A DNA stretch of 63,442 nt, counting the filler, from Chiloscyllium plagiosum (taxonomy: Eukaryota): the NCBI RefSeq assembly GCF_004010195.1. It is 3 parts of one record of this genome, joined end to end, with 100 filler letters (N's around TTAATTAATTAA, not from the genome) between each part and the next. Parts side by side here need not be neighbours in the genome. Positions count along the whole stretch, not along the records: positions 1 to 23,549 come from NC_057716.1; positions 23,650 to 53,779 come from NC_057716.1; 1 more part is not named here. One strand, 5' to 3'. The notes below the pieces were generated by a model. It saw only the letters and a list, made by a program, of their open reading frames with translations. It ran no database searches and was not told the origin of the DNA. This document shows, in pieces, positions 11,560 to 24,013 of the stretch. Every line of letters begins with the position of its first letter. Position 1 is the stretch's first letter. Both the position numbers and the translations under genes were made by a program.

Positions 11560-12950
11560 GGTGCCCACTAAAAGCATAATCTCGCCTCCAAGTAATTTTC
11601 CAAGCTCAATACCAAGGATCGATGTTTCCCTGAGTCTTTCCCAGAGAGAGGGCAGGAGCTGGCAATGTTTGGAACATTCTTCAGTCGATACCGTTTCCTT
11701 AGAAGATCACTTGAACTGTCAGAGGAGAAAGTGAGGTCTGCAGATGCTGGAGATCAGAGATGGAAATGTGTTGCTGGAGAAGCGCAGCAGGTCAGGCAGC
11801 ATCCAGGGAACAGGAGAATCGATGTTTCGGGCATTAGCCCTTCTTCAGGAAGAACTTGAACTGTCAGTCAGCTCGTACAGGTGTGGATCCTGTCATTCAT
11901 ACCCACCAGCTTGGCCTCGCTATCACAGACAATATGCCAGGCTTTGGAAAAAACTCAACATGAGCGTGAGGCAAACTTGAGGCAATATAGTCTTGTTCTG
12001 AACAATAGAAAACATCAAATCAACTTCTTTGGTTCAATTGACCTGTGAAATAGCATCAGTTCTGATTCTACCAAAATAGACAATGTACAGGGGCTGTCTA
12101 CATCAATGACCAAGGTGCCTCGATTTTGCCACCTCTTTATCTGTAGGGTCTGAATATTGTGACCAAAGTGTCACCTCTTTAAGAGCTCCTCCACAAAAAT
12201 GAATACTGTTTGTGGGCCAGGAAAATCACCAGCATCGACATCGATCTCTCAAAAATGTATTCCCATCCAGCAAGTGTCTTCTTCATTCTTATTATGACCC
12301 TGCTGAACTCACCGTGTTACAGGGAGGTGCGTCTCTCTGAGCCCCATGGTTATTACTGAGTGATGAGATTGTCGCATGATACACTTAGTTCCAAGGTCCT
12401 TCAGGGAAACCACGCAGCACAATGATGAGGAAACTCTGGCTTGAGGCTTCAGAACACTGCTGTGCCAAATCTGCAAGTAATTTGTTGTCCACACCAGCCA
12501 CAACCAATCAAAAATAATCTGCCGTAGGCCTCTGACAAGCACCCCTTCAAGGTTTATTTGCAAAGATCCAAGGGTGTAATTTCAGAGTACAGTACAAGTT
12601 CCCATATGACCACTTCTGATGCTTTTAGCTGATATCCAAATCCCAATAAAAACAGAGATTTTCCTCCACACCTACAGATGGATGTTTTGAATTGGAACTG
12701 GAAGCCAGTCTTAACAGTGATCTCATTCAGCTTGGTCACTGCCAAGCGGAACAGATTGAGCAAGCTGACCAGCTGTACCAGGTCAAATACAGCTGTCAAC
12801 AGCAGGGCCAGCCTGACCACATCCAACAGATCCCTGAGTCAGTCCGTGCATTCTGCTCATTCAGAATGTCCGAGTATGTCATCTGCAAAGGCAAATCAAT
12901 TACAATTCTATAAACGTTCTGGAGAGACTCGCTGGACAATATTTCTACAG
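11560..12950 (+). mobile_element. Highly decayed Ty3/Gypsy LTR-retrotransposon pol (RT-RNase H) relic
   Basis: Frameshifted peptides: SKLNTKD...QELAMFGTFFSRYRFLRRSLELSVS (RT motif FGRYRFLRLPFGLS), ELLHKN, YYDPAELTVLQGGAS, FVVHTSHN..KIICRRPLTSTP, NFRVQYK..MTTSDAFS and IQQIPESVRAF.SFR. Confidence 0.7.
11723..11853 (-). mobile_element. Short non-autonomous Penelope-derived element (family A) carrying a hammerhead motif, with a 14-bp TSD
   Basis: Flanked by acttgaactgtcag at 11709-11722 and 11854-11867. The minus strand reads CTGAAGA-A-GGGC-TAAT-GCCC-GAAACATC. Confidence 0.8.
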
Positions 12951-12989
12951 GCAAGGCAAGTTGGCAAACTGGATCCAGGATGGACTTAC

Positions 12990-14410
12990 AAATGGAAAGC
13001 AGAGAGAGAGGTGGTGGGGGGCTGGTTTTGTGAATGGGAGCCGAGGACCAGCGATATGCCACAGGGATCGGTGCTGGGACCCTTGCTGTTTGCTATATAC
13101 ATTATCGACTTGGATCTGAATGTACATGGTGTAGTTAGTAAGCTTACAGTTGTCAGAGACATTGTTGCTGGTGAAAAGGATGGTCTCAGGCTGCAGTCTG
13201 ACATTGATCAGCTGGTAAACTGGGCAGAGTAACGGCAGGTGGATGTTAATCCTGAGAAGTGTAGGTGATGAGTTTTGGGACATCTAATGTGAAAGGATAT
13301 GGTCAGTCCCTCAGGAGTACTGAGGGACAAAGGGACCTTGGTGTACAAGTCCTGAGGTCCTTGAAGGTGTCAGCACAGGGAGACAAGGTGGGGAAGAAGG
13401 AATATGGGGCATAGAATAAAGGAGCAAGGAAGTTTTGTTGCAACTTTCTAAAACATTGGTTAGGCCACAGCTGGAGAACTGTGTGCCGTCCTGGTCACAC
13501 TCTCTCGGAAGATGTGATTGTGCTGGAGGGGGGTCCAGACGAGATTCACCAGGATGTTGCCTGGGATGGAAAGTCTTAGTGATAAGGAGAGACTGGATAG
13601 GTGGGATTGTTTTCCCTGGAGCAGAGGAGGCTGGGGGACGGAGGGGGTGGGGGCAATCTGATTGAGGGATATGTGAAAGGGTAGTTTGTGAGAATTTTTT
13701 CCCCACGGCAGACATGTCTAAGACCAGTTTAAGGTGAAGAGTGAGTGGTTTAGAGGGGATCTGAGGAAACACTTTCTCACCCAGAGGATGGTAGAAATAT
13801 GGAAGGTGCTGCCTGAGAGGGTGATGGGGGCAGGGACTCTCCCAACATTGCAGACCCATCTGGATGAGCTCTTAAAACACCAGGGCACCGTCAGCTGTGG
13901 ACCAGGGGCAGGGAAATGGGATTGGTGTTAGTTTGGTGTTCGATGGTCAGCACATGGTGGACCAAAAGGGGCAGGTTGTTGCCTGGGATGGAGCATTTCA
14001 GTGATGGATAGGGGCTGGATAAGCTCGGAGTGTTTTCTTTGGAGCAGAGAAGGTTGAGGGGGAACCTTATAGAGTGGTACTAGATCATGAGTGGAGGGAC
14101 AGGGGGGACAGGAAGCAGCTTTTACCCACAGTTGAAAGGTCAATAACAAAGGGAATACTTTTAAAGTGAAAGGCGGGCGGTTTAGAGGGGATTTGAGTTT
14201 TCACTCAGAGGGTAGTGGGAGTCTGCCTGGGAGAATGGTTGAGGTGGGAAACCTCACAAACATTTAGAAAGCACTTAGGCGAACACGGAAAGTGTCATGA
14301 CATTCAAGGCTGTGGGTCTAGTGTGGGAAAGTGGGACGAGTTCAGATTTCCTGTATTTTTGGTGGTATACACTTCCTGGGCCAAAGGACCTTGTGTGTAC
14401 TGTAGGATTC
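12990..14410 (+). mobile_element. Decayed CR1 LINE ORF2 (RT and C-terminus) fragments, two nested 3' ends
   Basis: PQGSVLGPLLFAIYIIDLD and LSKTLVRPQLENCV. Confidence 0.85.
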
Positions 14411-15079
14411 TCTTGAGTTGATCACTTGATGACTCAAGGATTGCCACACTTCAGGCATTTAGCTGCCTGATTGCTCTGTGTGTGATTCAGTTTGGAATCA
14501 CATCTTACCCAATCCAGTATAGCCGATGTCGTGGTTATTTGAGGAGATTTTCCAAGGGGGGTGACAATGTCACTTGGGACCGATCTATCAGACTATCACC
14601 ACATTTTCTTGCATCAGTTAGAGGGTAGGGAGTGTGAAACGAAGTGGATTGATTGTTTCCAGATCAAGTTCTCTGTAAGAAAGGCTGGTAAACCCTTAAC
14701 CCTCACACTGACAACTACGCGGTCTCAAATGAATTCAGCTTTCAAAGCCCCACCCCTCAGCTTCCTGCTGGATGATCTAATTCCATTATAAAGATTTTTG
14801 TTGATTGTTCTAAACGCTGAAATTGCTGGTCAATTCTTGCCTGCTCTCTCAATAAACTTTTATCTGGGGCTGATACATGGCAGATAGTTCAGTCATGGCT
14901 TGCACTTGGCCATTGAACTCCCTCCCAGGCTGTGTCCTATCACACCAGCGTCGATGGCATCGGTTGGTCGTGCTGTCTGGATGGTGCTGCTTGTTCCTGT
15001 GTAGGTCTGAAGCTATTCTCTGGAACAAAAGCTGCTGTTTCCAGAGCTCCCCCGTCTGCCCTTGTTGTCCCACACCCAC

Positions 15080-15790
15080 ATTTTGTCAGAGAATTGAGGT
15101 AATGACAAGACCAGCACATCCTTCCTGAGATATGGGAACCAAAACTGTTCACAATGTTCCAAATGAGGTGTTAGCAGAAGCTGATGGGACCGCAGCAATA
15201 CATCTTTGCTCTTGTATTCCCGCCATCTTGTAATGAACACCAAACAATATTAGTAGTTGGATCCCATGAACTCTGACCTTTAGGACCAGCCTTCCATGTG
15301 GGACCTTATCAAAAGCCTTACTGAAGTTGATGTAAATATATTTAGTCACCTTTTCGAAAAACTCATTCAGTTAATCAGACATGATCTCCCCCCAACAAAC
15401 CTCTGCTGACTATCCCTGGTCAATCCCTGCCTTTCCCAGTGTTCCAGGCTGACATTCTGCTCTCTGATTGGTCCCACCCTTTTCCTGATAACCCTCTTAT
15501 TCTTAATTATTTATAAAATACCTTGGGGTTTTCCTGATCCCAGCTGTCAAAGATGTTCTTGCCCCTCTTTGTCCTCCGAATTCCTTTTTGCGTAACTCCC
15601 TACACTCTCTGTACTTTTGAAGGGCCTCCCCTGTTTTTTTGTGTTCTGTATTGGACATATGCTTCTTTCTGATCAAACTCCCTTGACCCCCCCGCTCCCC
15701 CCCCACCACCCCAAGGGTTCCCTGGACTGCCTGTCCTTACCCTTCACTCTTTGAGGAACATGTTGGCCCTGAATTCTCACTATACTTGTT
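15080..15790 (-). mobile_element. Decayed CR1 LINE ORF2 fragments
   Basis: YINFSKAFDKVPHGRLV and EHCEQFWFPYLRKDVL on the minus strand. Confidence 0.75.
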
Positions 15791-15879
15791 TAAAAATATT
15801 TTATCTTGAAAGGAGTGGGATACTGTTGAATTCTTCTGATTCTGCTTCGGTGTGAGTTTAGAGACTGATAGACCCGTAC

Positions 15880-16340
15880 CGAGGGTATGGACTGGGATGA
15901 ACAAGGTCAGACATCACAGGACACCAGGTTATAGTCCGACAGGTTTATTTGAAATCACAAGCTTTCGGAGCGCTGCCCCTTCATCAGGTGAAGTGAGGGA
16001 GAAGCTCACAGGCCCAGAGTTTATAATCAGAGAGAATTTATAATCAGATAATTTATAATCAGAGAGATCAATGAGCAGAGAGATCAAAATATCATACAAA
16101 CGGTGTGACTGCAGTGTTGGCAGGCCGAATAATGGGTCTCCGCAGGTGATTAAGAGCGTCAGATGGAGTGAGTAAAGAGCTGAATAAACATCTGATTAAC
16201 TGAGGCATAGAGATAATTCCAAAATAATAAAAAATAAGGCGGTGCTGGAGACTAACCAAATGACTGGAGAAACATACGAGGTATGACATTTGCATGCCCG
16301 TCCAAGAAAGAAGGAACGAGAATGACAAGACCTTGATCAT
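15880..16340 (-). mobile_element. Penelope-type terminal fragment (family B) with an intact hammerhead motif at 15956-15990
   Basis: Minus strand CAC-CTGATGA-A-GGGGC-AGC-GCTCC-GAAAGCTT-GTG, followed by the same aataaacctgt.ggactataacctgg tail as the 9832 and 24014 copies. Confidence 0.7.
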
Positions 16341-17169
16341 GATGGTGGCCCGCTGGGCTGCAGATTCCAGGGGATGGCCCAGTGTGGCCTCACCGTTGGC
16401 TGGTTTGGCTGTGGCTCAGACAGGCACAGCACAGGCCTCCCTGTGCAGACCCGAGCAGACCCCACCCCCGGCAGCCTTTGTGCCCCAGCGAGATTCTGTC
16501 CAGTGTGTGGGGGCCTATTCCCCAACATCAGCTTCTTTCAGAGACTCCCTGCTTTCAAGTGAACCTCCAGATGATCCTCTGAGTGGGGTTGGGGGAGGGG
16601 GGGAGGAATTTCTGTGCAGACCCTGGCAATCTGCAGAGTTGAAGCTAAGGGCTGCAGAGTTAAGTGACTTCAGTGACAGCTGATCACTTTGCTGGATATA
16701 GCTGTGTATCTGCCGTGCGCAATACTGCCCCCAGTGGACTTCCCACAGATGTTCACTCTCGATTCGGCCTCAGGGCGGAGGGCGCTGACTGACTGTTTCT
16801 GCTCAGTCTGCAGATATTGCAACACCCTCTGGTGAAATCCCAACTTGAAAATATTCACTGATCACAGCCCAGCAGTTCCCACCCAAGGGTTTATTTGCAT
16901 GGTGTTGTGGTAATCCATTTCGGCAGACCAATGATCACAGATCTCCATGTTTTGTTTTGGCTCCTCATGGGTTTTATTCTAAAAATCCCCGAAACAGAAG
17001 TGAAGCCAGTTCCACGGCTCGCTGACACATGTTTCTACAGTCCCCAGTGAGGACTAATTACTTCCTGCCAAAAGATGCTGCCACATTACAGATTCCAATC
17101 AATTCCATTTCATTTTGGCCCACAAGGGTGGAGCAGATTGTACAAATCGCAAATGATAAACGTCACTCC

Positions 17170-17955
17170 ATACAGTTACACAGTGAGTGACCCTTACGCT
17201 GCTGAATAAACACTGACCCTGTACGGTTACACAGTGAGTGACCCTTACGCTGCTGAATAAACACTGACTCTGTACAGTTACACAGTGAGTGACCCTTCCC
17301 CTGCAGAATAAACCCTGACTCTGTACAGTTACACAGTGAGTGACCCTTACCCTGGGGAATACACACTGACTCTGTACTGTTACACAGTGAGTGACCCTTA
17401 CCCTGGAGAATACACACTGACTCTGTACGGTTACACAGTGAGTGACCCTTACCCTGGAGAATACACACTGACTCTGTACAGTTACACAGCGAGTGACCCT
17501 TACCCTGGAGAATACACACTGACTCTGTACAGTTACACAGTGAGTGACCCTTACCCTGGAGAATACACACTGACTCTGTACGGTTACACAGTGAGTGACC
17601 CTTACCCTGGAGAATACACACTGACTCTGTACAGTTACACAGTGGATAAGATATCCCCACAAAGCTGTGGTGCTTATTTTGCTGAGTACTGTGTGTCTCT
17701 GATGACAGCTATCAGACAGTGTGCATTGACTGACCTTTGTTGTGTGTAAGGTTTCTGAACGTTGCTGTTGACTTGGACCCTTACCCTGGAGAATACACAC
17801 TGACTCTGTACGGTTACCCAGTGGATAAGATATCCCCACAAAGCTGTGGTGGTTATTTTGCTGATTACTGTGTGTCTCTGATGACAGCTATCAGACAGTG
17901 TGCATTGACTGACCTTTGTTGTGTGTAAGGTTTCTGAACGTTGCTGTTGACTTGT
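17170..17955. repeat. 51-bp minisatellite (about 10 copies) ending in a 179-bp tandem duplication
   Basis: gttacacagtgagtgaccc recurs at 17175, 17226, 17277 and onward; gtggataagatatcccc occurs at 17642 and 17821. Confidence 0.9.
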
Positions 17956-19069
17956 TCCCAACTCATTGCGTTAAACAAGCCCCTGAATCAAACTTGTCCC
18001 TGTGGTTGTCACGGATTTGTCTGGTGTTGTTGACTGAAATGTAAAGGCGCTGTCTAACAGAGAGTGGGACATCATGAGGGGGGCAATTTCTTAGTGAGCA
18101 TTCTCAGACGCATCGTCAGGCAGAGCGAATCATTTCCAACGTCAATCAGTGACTGATATTCTGGGTGGAGAGTAAGCCTGCTGATGTCGGATCCAACAGA
18201 TCATTAATTACTGCGGTTCCAGGAATTGACAATACTTTGGTTTTTTTCAAGGGCTGGATCTGTTGATGTACTTAACAATGACAGTGAAAATTAACCTCCC
18301 AGCATCTGCAGAATGTAAATGTTCACAGAAGCTGACAGTTCACAGGCCGGTGAGGGAGTAAAGCCAGGCTTGTGTTTATACTGTCAGGAATCAGGTACAA
18401 GATAAACGCTGCCTCGATTGTCTGGAGGGATTATGGGTAAAAGTCAACATGGCCGCTATAGGTGCTGCTCATTTGGACCTTGATTTGAAGGTTTCCTCAC
18501 ACGTTTAATGTTGGAATGAAATTTCACATCCACTCTTGAACCAAGGGAATTTATTCGTCCCAGACAGAAATGGTGTGGAGTCTGTGTCAATCACACTTTC
18601 AAAGACAAGCCAAGCAAAACCCATCATCAGATGCGGTCTGCCCAACCATGTTCCAGAGGACTGTCTGGGCTTTTACCACACACCCCCCCCACCCCCCGAC
18701 CTCCATCCCTCACCAACTCCCCTTCACAGTCACCAGCAAAAAGTCATTGGAGCAGCTCCCATTGGACCAGGAACTACATGTCAAGCTGTGTCCCAGGAAT
18801 AATCGTAATGAGCTTGGACTCGACACGTTCGACAGGCGAAAGGAGCCCGAGGGAGGGAGTAGACGTCTCCCGATTTGAGAGTGGAGTGAGGAAGCAGGAG
18901 TGGTCCGGTTTGAGGAGAGAAGGAGGGTCCAGGAGGGAACATAAGGATTGATCAGAAAGGATGAGGGGATTGTGGACTGCCGTCCAGGGAGAGCTGGAGC
19001 GGGAGCCTGGAGCTGGACAATCAAACGCAGCATTCCAGGAATGGGTCACAGGGAGAAACGAAGGGATAT

Positions 19070-19413
19070 ACTCTGTATCTAACCCCGTGCTGTCCCTGTC
19101 CTGGGAGTGTTCGATGGGGACAGTGTAGAGGGAGCTTTACTCTGTATCTGACCCCGTACTGTCCCTGTCCTGGGAGTGTTCGATGGGGACAGTGTAGAGG
19201 GAGCTTTACTCTGTATCTAACACCGTGCTGTCCCTTCCCTGGGAGTATTTGATGGGGACAGTGTAGAGGGAGCTTTACTCTGTATCTAACCCTGTGCTGT
19301 CCCTTCCCTGGGAGTGTTTGATGGGGACAGTGTAGAGGACGCTTTACTCTGTATCTAACCCCGTGCTGTCCCTGTCCTGGGAGTGTTTGATGGGGACAGT
19401 GTAGAGGGAGCTT
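19070..19413. repeat. 69-bp minisatellite running into an N gap; decayed copies at about 21912-22200
   Basis: Unit ctctgtatctaaccccgtgctgtccctgtcctgggagtgtttgatggggacagtgtagagggagcttta. Confidence 0.9.
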
Positions 19414-20280
19414 NNNNNNNNNNNNNNNNNNNNNNNNNNNNNNNNNNNNNNNNNNNNNNNNNNNNNNNNNNNNNNNNNNNNNNNNNNNNNNNNNNNNNNN
19501 NNNNNNNNNNNNNNNNNNNNNNNNNNNNNNNNNNNNNNNNNNNNNNNNNNNNNNNNNNNNNNNNNNNNNNNNNNNNNNNNNNNNNNNNNNNNNNNNNNNN
19601 NNNNNNNNNNNNNNNNNNNNNNNNNNNNNNNNNNNNNNNNNNNNNNNNNNNNNNNNNNNNNNNNNNNNNNNNNNNNNNNNNNNNNNNNNNNNNNNNNNNN
19701 NNNNNNNNNNNNNNNNNNNNNNNNNNNNNNNNNNNNNNNNNNNNNNNNNNNNNNNNNNNNNNNNNNNNNNNNNNNNNNNNNNNNNNNNNNNNNNNNNNNN
19801 NNNNNNNNNNNNNNNNNNNNNNNNNNNNNNNNNNNNNNNNNNNNNNNNNNNNNNNNNNNNNNNNNNNNNNNNNNNNNNNNNNNNNNNNNNNNNNNNNNNN
19901 NNNNNNNNNNNNNNNNNNNNNNNNNNNNNNNNNNNNNNNNNNNNNNNNNNNNNNNNNNNNNNNNNNNNNNNNNNNNNNNNNNNNNNNNNNNNNNNNNNNN
20001 NNNNNNNNNNNNNNNNNNNNNNNNNNNNNNNNNNNNNNNNNNNNNNNNNNNNNNNNNNNNNNNNNNNNNNNNNNNNNNNNNNNNNNNNNNNNNNNNNNNN
20101 NNNNNNNNNNNNNNNNNNNNNNNNNNNNNNNNNNNNNNNNNNNNNNNNNNNNNNNNNNNNNNNNNNNNNNNNNNNNNNNNNNNNNNNNNNNNNNNNNNNN
20201 NNNNNNNNNNNNNNNNNNNNNNNNNNNNNNNNNNNNNNNNNNNNNNNNNNNNNNNNNNNNNNNNNNNNNNNNNNNNNNNN

Positions 20281-20555
20281 ACGCTCCAGGGAAAACAGCC
20301 CCAGCCTGTTCAGCCTCTCCCTGTAGCTCAGATCCTCCAACCCTGGCAACATCCTTGTAAATCTTTTCTGAACCCTTTCAAGTTTCACAACATCTTTCCG
20401 ATCGGAAGGAGACCAGAATTGCACACAATATTCCAACAGTGGCCTAACCAATGTCCTATACAGCCACAACATGACCTCCCAACTCCTGTACTCAATACTC
20501 TGACCAATAAAGAAAAGCATACCAAACGCCTTCCTCACTATCCTATCTACCTGTG
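20281..20555 (-). mobile_element. Young CR1 LINE ORF2 fragment
   Basis: Open frame LYRTLVRPLLEYCVQFWSP..KDVVKLERVQKRFTRMLPGLE; a near-identical copy lies at 53880-54100. Confidence 0.9.
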
Positions 20556-20924
20556 ATATGGTTAGGGTTATTTTGGATCAAATGCAAAATTCCAGGAATG
20601 GTTTACAGCAAGTATCCCGGGAATGGGTCACATGGAATATCCTGAGAATTGGTCAAAGGGAAGCGGTTTCTGAGCACGGAGCTGCAGTTCATCAGGAGCT
20701 CATCAGAGGGCAGCTTCCTGAATACAGAGCAGTTCAGGAACTTGCCCAGATGGTTGTCGGAATTTCCATCAGCAGCAAAACAGCACCCATCCAAACACCC
20801 GAACCAGGAGTGAGCTCTCCTCTCAGTCTGACTGTTTTCTCATATTCCCTCCGTGACGGGCCAGAAATTCACATTCTGGAATGAGAATGACCCAGAAAAT
20901 CACAATGTCGCATGTGTCAACATT

Positions 20925-21580
20925 TTTATTCCTTCATACATGGTGGTGTTGGTTGCGTGATTATTTATTACCCCGTCCCTAGTTGCCCCTTGAGAAGGTG
21001 GGGGTGAGCTGCCTTCTTGAACCACTGCAGTCCATGTGCTGTAGGTAGACCCACAATGCCCTTAGGGAGGGAATTCCAGGATTCTGACCCAGTGACACTG
21101 AAGGAACGGCGATATATTTCCAAGTCAGGATGGTGAGGGGCTCGAGGGGAACTTGCAGGGGGTGGTGTTCCCATGTATCTGCTGCCCTTGTCCTTCTCGA
21201 TGGAAGTGGTTGTGGGTTTAGAAGGTGTTGCCTGAGGATATTTGGTGAATTTCAACAGTTCATCTTGTAGCTGGTACACACTGCTGCTACTGAGTGTGGG
21301 TGGGGGAGGGAGTGGGTGTTTGTGGATGTGGTGCTAATCAAACGGCTGCTTTGTCCTGGGTGGTGTCAAGCTTCTTGAGTGTTGTTGGAGCTGCCCCCAT
21401 CCAGGGCAAGTGGGGAGTATTCCATCACAATCCGGACTGGAGCCTTGGAGATGATGGACAGGCTTTGGGGAGTCAGGAGAGGCGTTGCTTCCTGCAGGAT
21501 ATGACCAAGTAACAAGACTACTTGGACATTTGAGCCCTAACTGTGTCATTCAGTAAGATTATGGCTGATCTGATTTTAAG
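20925..21580 (-). mobile_element. CR1/L2-group LINE 3' fragment sharing its junction sequence with the copy at 7478-8070
   Basis: Same body and the same adjoining gaccaagtaacaagacta...ctaactgtgtcattcagta.gattatggctgatctgatttt. Confidence 0.75.
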
Positions 21581-22609
21581 CTCAGATATCAGACCCAAAT
21601 ATTCCTTACCCACTTGGTAGTCAAGGATCTACAACCTTCTGCGTTTAAAATATTTAATGATTCCTCACTTCTGACTGGCTCTGAGAGGGCTGTCCCTCTC
21701 CCCTCCCCTCTGGAATTCAGCTCTTTTGTCCATGTTTGACCCAAGGCTGTAATGGGGTCAGGAGCTGAGTGACCCTGGGGGAACCCAAACTGGGTGTCAC
21801 TGAGCAGGTTATTGCTGAGCAGGTGCTGCATGATAGCTCTGTTACTGACCCCTTCCATCACTTTCCTGATGATCGAGAGGAGACTGATGGGGCGGGAATT
21901 GGCCGGGTTGGGTCTGTATCTAACTCAGTGCTGTCCCTGTCCTGAAAGTGTTTGGTGGGGACAGTGTAGAGAGAGCTTTCCTCTCTACCAAACCCCATGC
22001 TGTTCCTATCCTGGGAGTGTTTGATGTTGAAAGCATAGAGGGGGCTTTACGTTCAGTTTAAAGATGTAGTGAGAGTTTTCCTCTGCATCTAACATTGTGT
22101 TCACTTGTTCTCAGAGTGTTTGATGGGGATAGCATTGAGTTTTCAATTTAAAGGTGAAGAGGAAGGTTTACTGTGTATCTAACTGTGTGCTGTACCCAGA
22201 CTCAGAGAGAGGGACAGCACAGTAAGTGGGGAGTATTCCATCAGATCTGCTCCAGTCAAAAATGGCCACCTCAGTATTTTGATCCCCTTTCCCAGCAGTT
22301 CACCCTTCGCTTTGGCATCAGAAATACATATCGACATCCTCCTTCAGTGTGCTGAGGATTTCTGTCTCTCCCCCCCTCACAGGTAGTGAGTTCCAGATTT
22401 CCTCTGGGTGAGAAAGATTTCCCTCGCATCCCCTCGATACCTCCTGCCCCTCACCTGGAATCTGAGGGCCCCTTGGCCATTGCTCCCTCCATCAAGGGGA
22501 AAGGTTTATTTCGGTCTGCTCTCTCTATGACTCTCATAATTTTTTTACATCTGTCCTGTCCCCTCTGTCAGTTTCTGCTGCTGTCCTGTGCCTGTCCTGG
22601 GAGGATTTA

Positions 22610-22910
22610 GAGTCATAGAGATCATAGAGAAGTCCCACCTGCCAGCACCCGGCCCATATCCCTCCAAACCCTTCCTATTCATATACCCATCCAGATACCT
22701 TTTTAATGCTGTAATTGTACCAGCCTCCACCACATCCTCTGGCAGCTCATTCCATACACGTACCACCCTCTGTGTGAAAAAGTTGCCCCTTAAGTCTCTT
22801 TTATATCTTTCCCCTCTCATCCTAAACCTACGCTCTCTAGTTCTGGACTCCCTCACCTCAGGGAAAAGACTTGGTCTATTTATCCTATCCATGCCCCTCA
22901 TGATTTTATA
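22610..22910 (-). mobile_element. Young CR1 LINE 3' end
   Basis: MRGMDRIN...FFTQRVVRVWNELPEDVVEAGTI. Confidence 0.9.
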
Positions 22911-23549
22911 GCTGGAAATGTGTTGCTGGAAAAGCGCAGCAGGTCAGGCAGCATCCAGGGAACAGGAGAATCGACGTTTCGGGCATAAGCCTTTCTTCAG
23001 GAATGAGGAAAGTTTGTCCAGCAGGCTAAGATAAAAGGTAGGGAGGAGGGACTTGGGGGAGGGGTGTCGGAAATGTGATAGGTGGAAAGAGGTCAAGGTG
23101 AGGGTGAAAGGTCAGACTGGGGTGGGGGCGGAGAGGTCCTTTTCCTCCGCTACATCGATGACTGTATCGGCGCCGCCTCGTGCTCCCACGAGGAGGTTGA
23201 ACAGTTCATCCACTTCACCAACACCTTCCACCCCGACCTCAAATTCACCTGGACAGTCCCAGATTCCTCCCTCCCCTTCCTCGACCTATCTATTTCTACC
23301 TCAGGCGACCGAATCAACACGGACATCTACTACAAACCAACCGACTCCCACAGCTACCTGGACTACACCTCCCCCCACCCTGCCCCCTGTCAAAACGCCA
23401 TCCCATCCTCCCAATTCCTTCGTCTCCGCCGCATCCGCTCCCAGGAGGACCAGTTCCAAAAACGCACAACACAGATGGCCTCCTTCTTCAAGGACCACAA
23501 TTTCCCCCCCGACGTGGTCGACGATGCCCCCCACCGCATCTCTTCCACT
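22911..23549. mobile_element. Penelope-like element: inverted terminal segment with a hammerhead (minus, 22973-23000) joined to a plus-strand RT fragment
   Basis: The plus frame LFLRYIDDCIG...FTNTFHPDLKFT...LPFLDLSI...TDIYYKPTDSHSYLDY is typical PLE RT. The minus strand reads CTGAAGA-AAGGC-TTAT-GCCC-GAAACGTC. Confidence 0.88.
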
Positions 23550-23649
23550 NNNNNNNNNNNNNNNNNNNNNNNNNNNNNNNNNNNNNNNNNNNNTTAATTA
23601 ATTAANNNNNNNNNNNNNNNNNNNNNNNNNNNNNNNNNNNNNNNNNNNN
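23550..23649. other. Artificial 100-bp contig spacer N44-TTAATTAATTAA-N44 (second copy at 53780-53879)
   Basis: An identical construct occurs twice; TTAATTAATTAA puts stop codons in all six frames. Confidence 0.9.
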
Positions 23650-24005
23650 CTCTTTGTTCAGCAACACTCCCTAGGAACTTACCATTAAGTGTATAAGTCC
23701 TGCTAAGATTTGCTTTCCCAAAATGCAGCACCTCGCATTTATCTGAATTAAACTCCATCTGGCACTTCTCAGCCCATTGGCCCATCTGGTCAAGATCCTG
23801 TTGTAATCTGAGGTAACTCTCTTTACTGTCCACTACACCTCCAAGTCTGGTGTCATCTGCAAACTTACTAACCAAACCTCTTATGCTCACATCCAAATCA
23901 TTTATGTAAATGACAAAAAGTAGAGGGCCCAGCACCGATCCTTGTGACCCTCCACTGGTCACAGGCCTCCAGTCTGAAAAACAACCCTCCACCACCACCC
24001 TCTGT
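23650..24005 (-). mobile_element. CR1 LINE RT fragment
   Basis: QGSVLGPLLFVIYINDLD..VSKFADDT. Confidence 0.9.
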
Positions 24006-24013
24006 CCGATGGT

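Noticed and set aside
16294..16683. 129-aa plus-strand ORF
   Set aside because: It starts inside a repeat, resembles no protein I recognise, and has no clear exon boundaries.
18774..19049. Minus-strand ORF ending ...VESKLITIIPGTQLDM* with an acceptor-like tgtccag
   Set aside because: No tensin or other recognisable homology, and it would be antisense to TNS1 once the contig is re-oriented.
19021..20538. Long ORFs spanning N runs (also 2512-3154, 31297-32634 and 35402-36352)
   Set aside because: They are artefacts of reading through gaps.
20558..20884. 108-aa plus-strand ORF (MVRVILDQMQNSR...)
   Set aside because: No recognisable domain; the length is compatible with chance.
23594..23605. 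TTAATTAATTAA palindrome inside N runs (also 53824-53835)
   Set aside because: This is an artificial assembly spacer, not biology.
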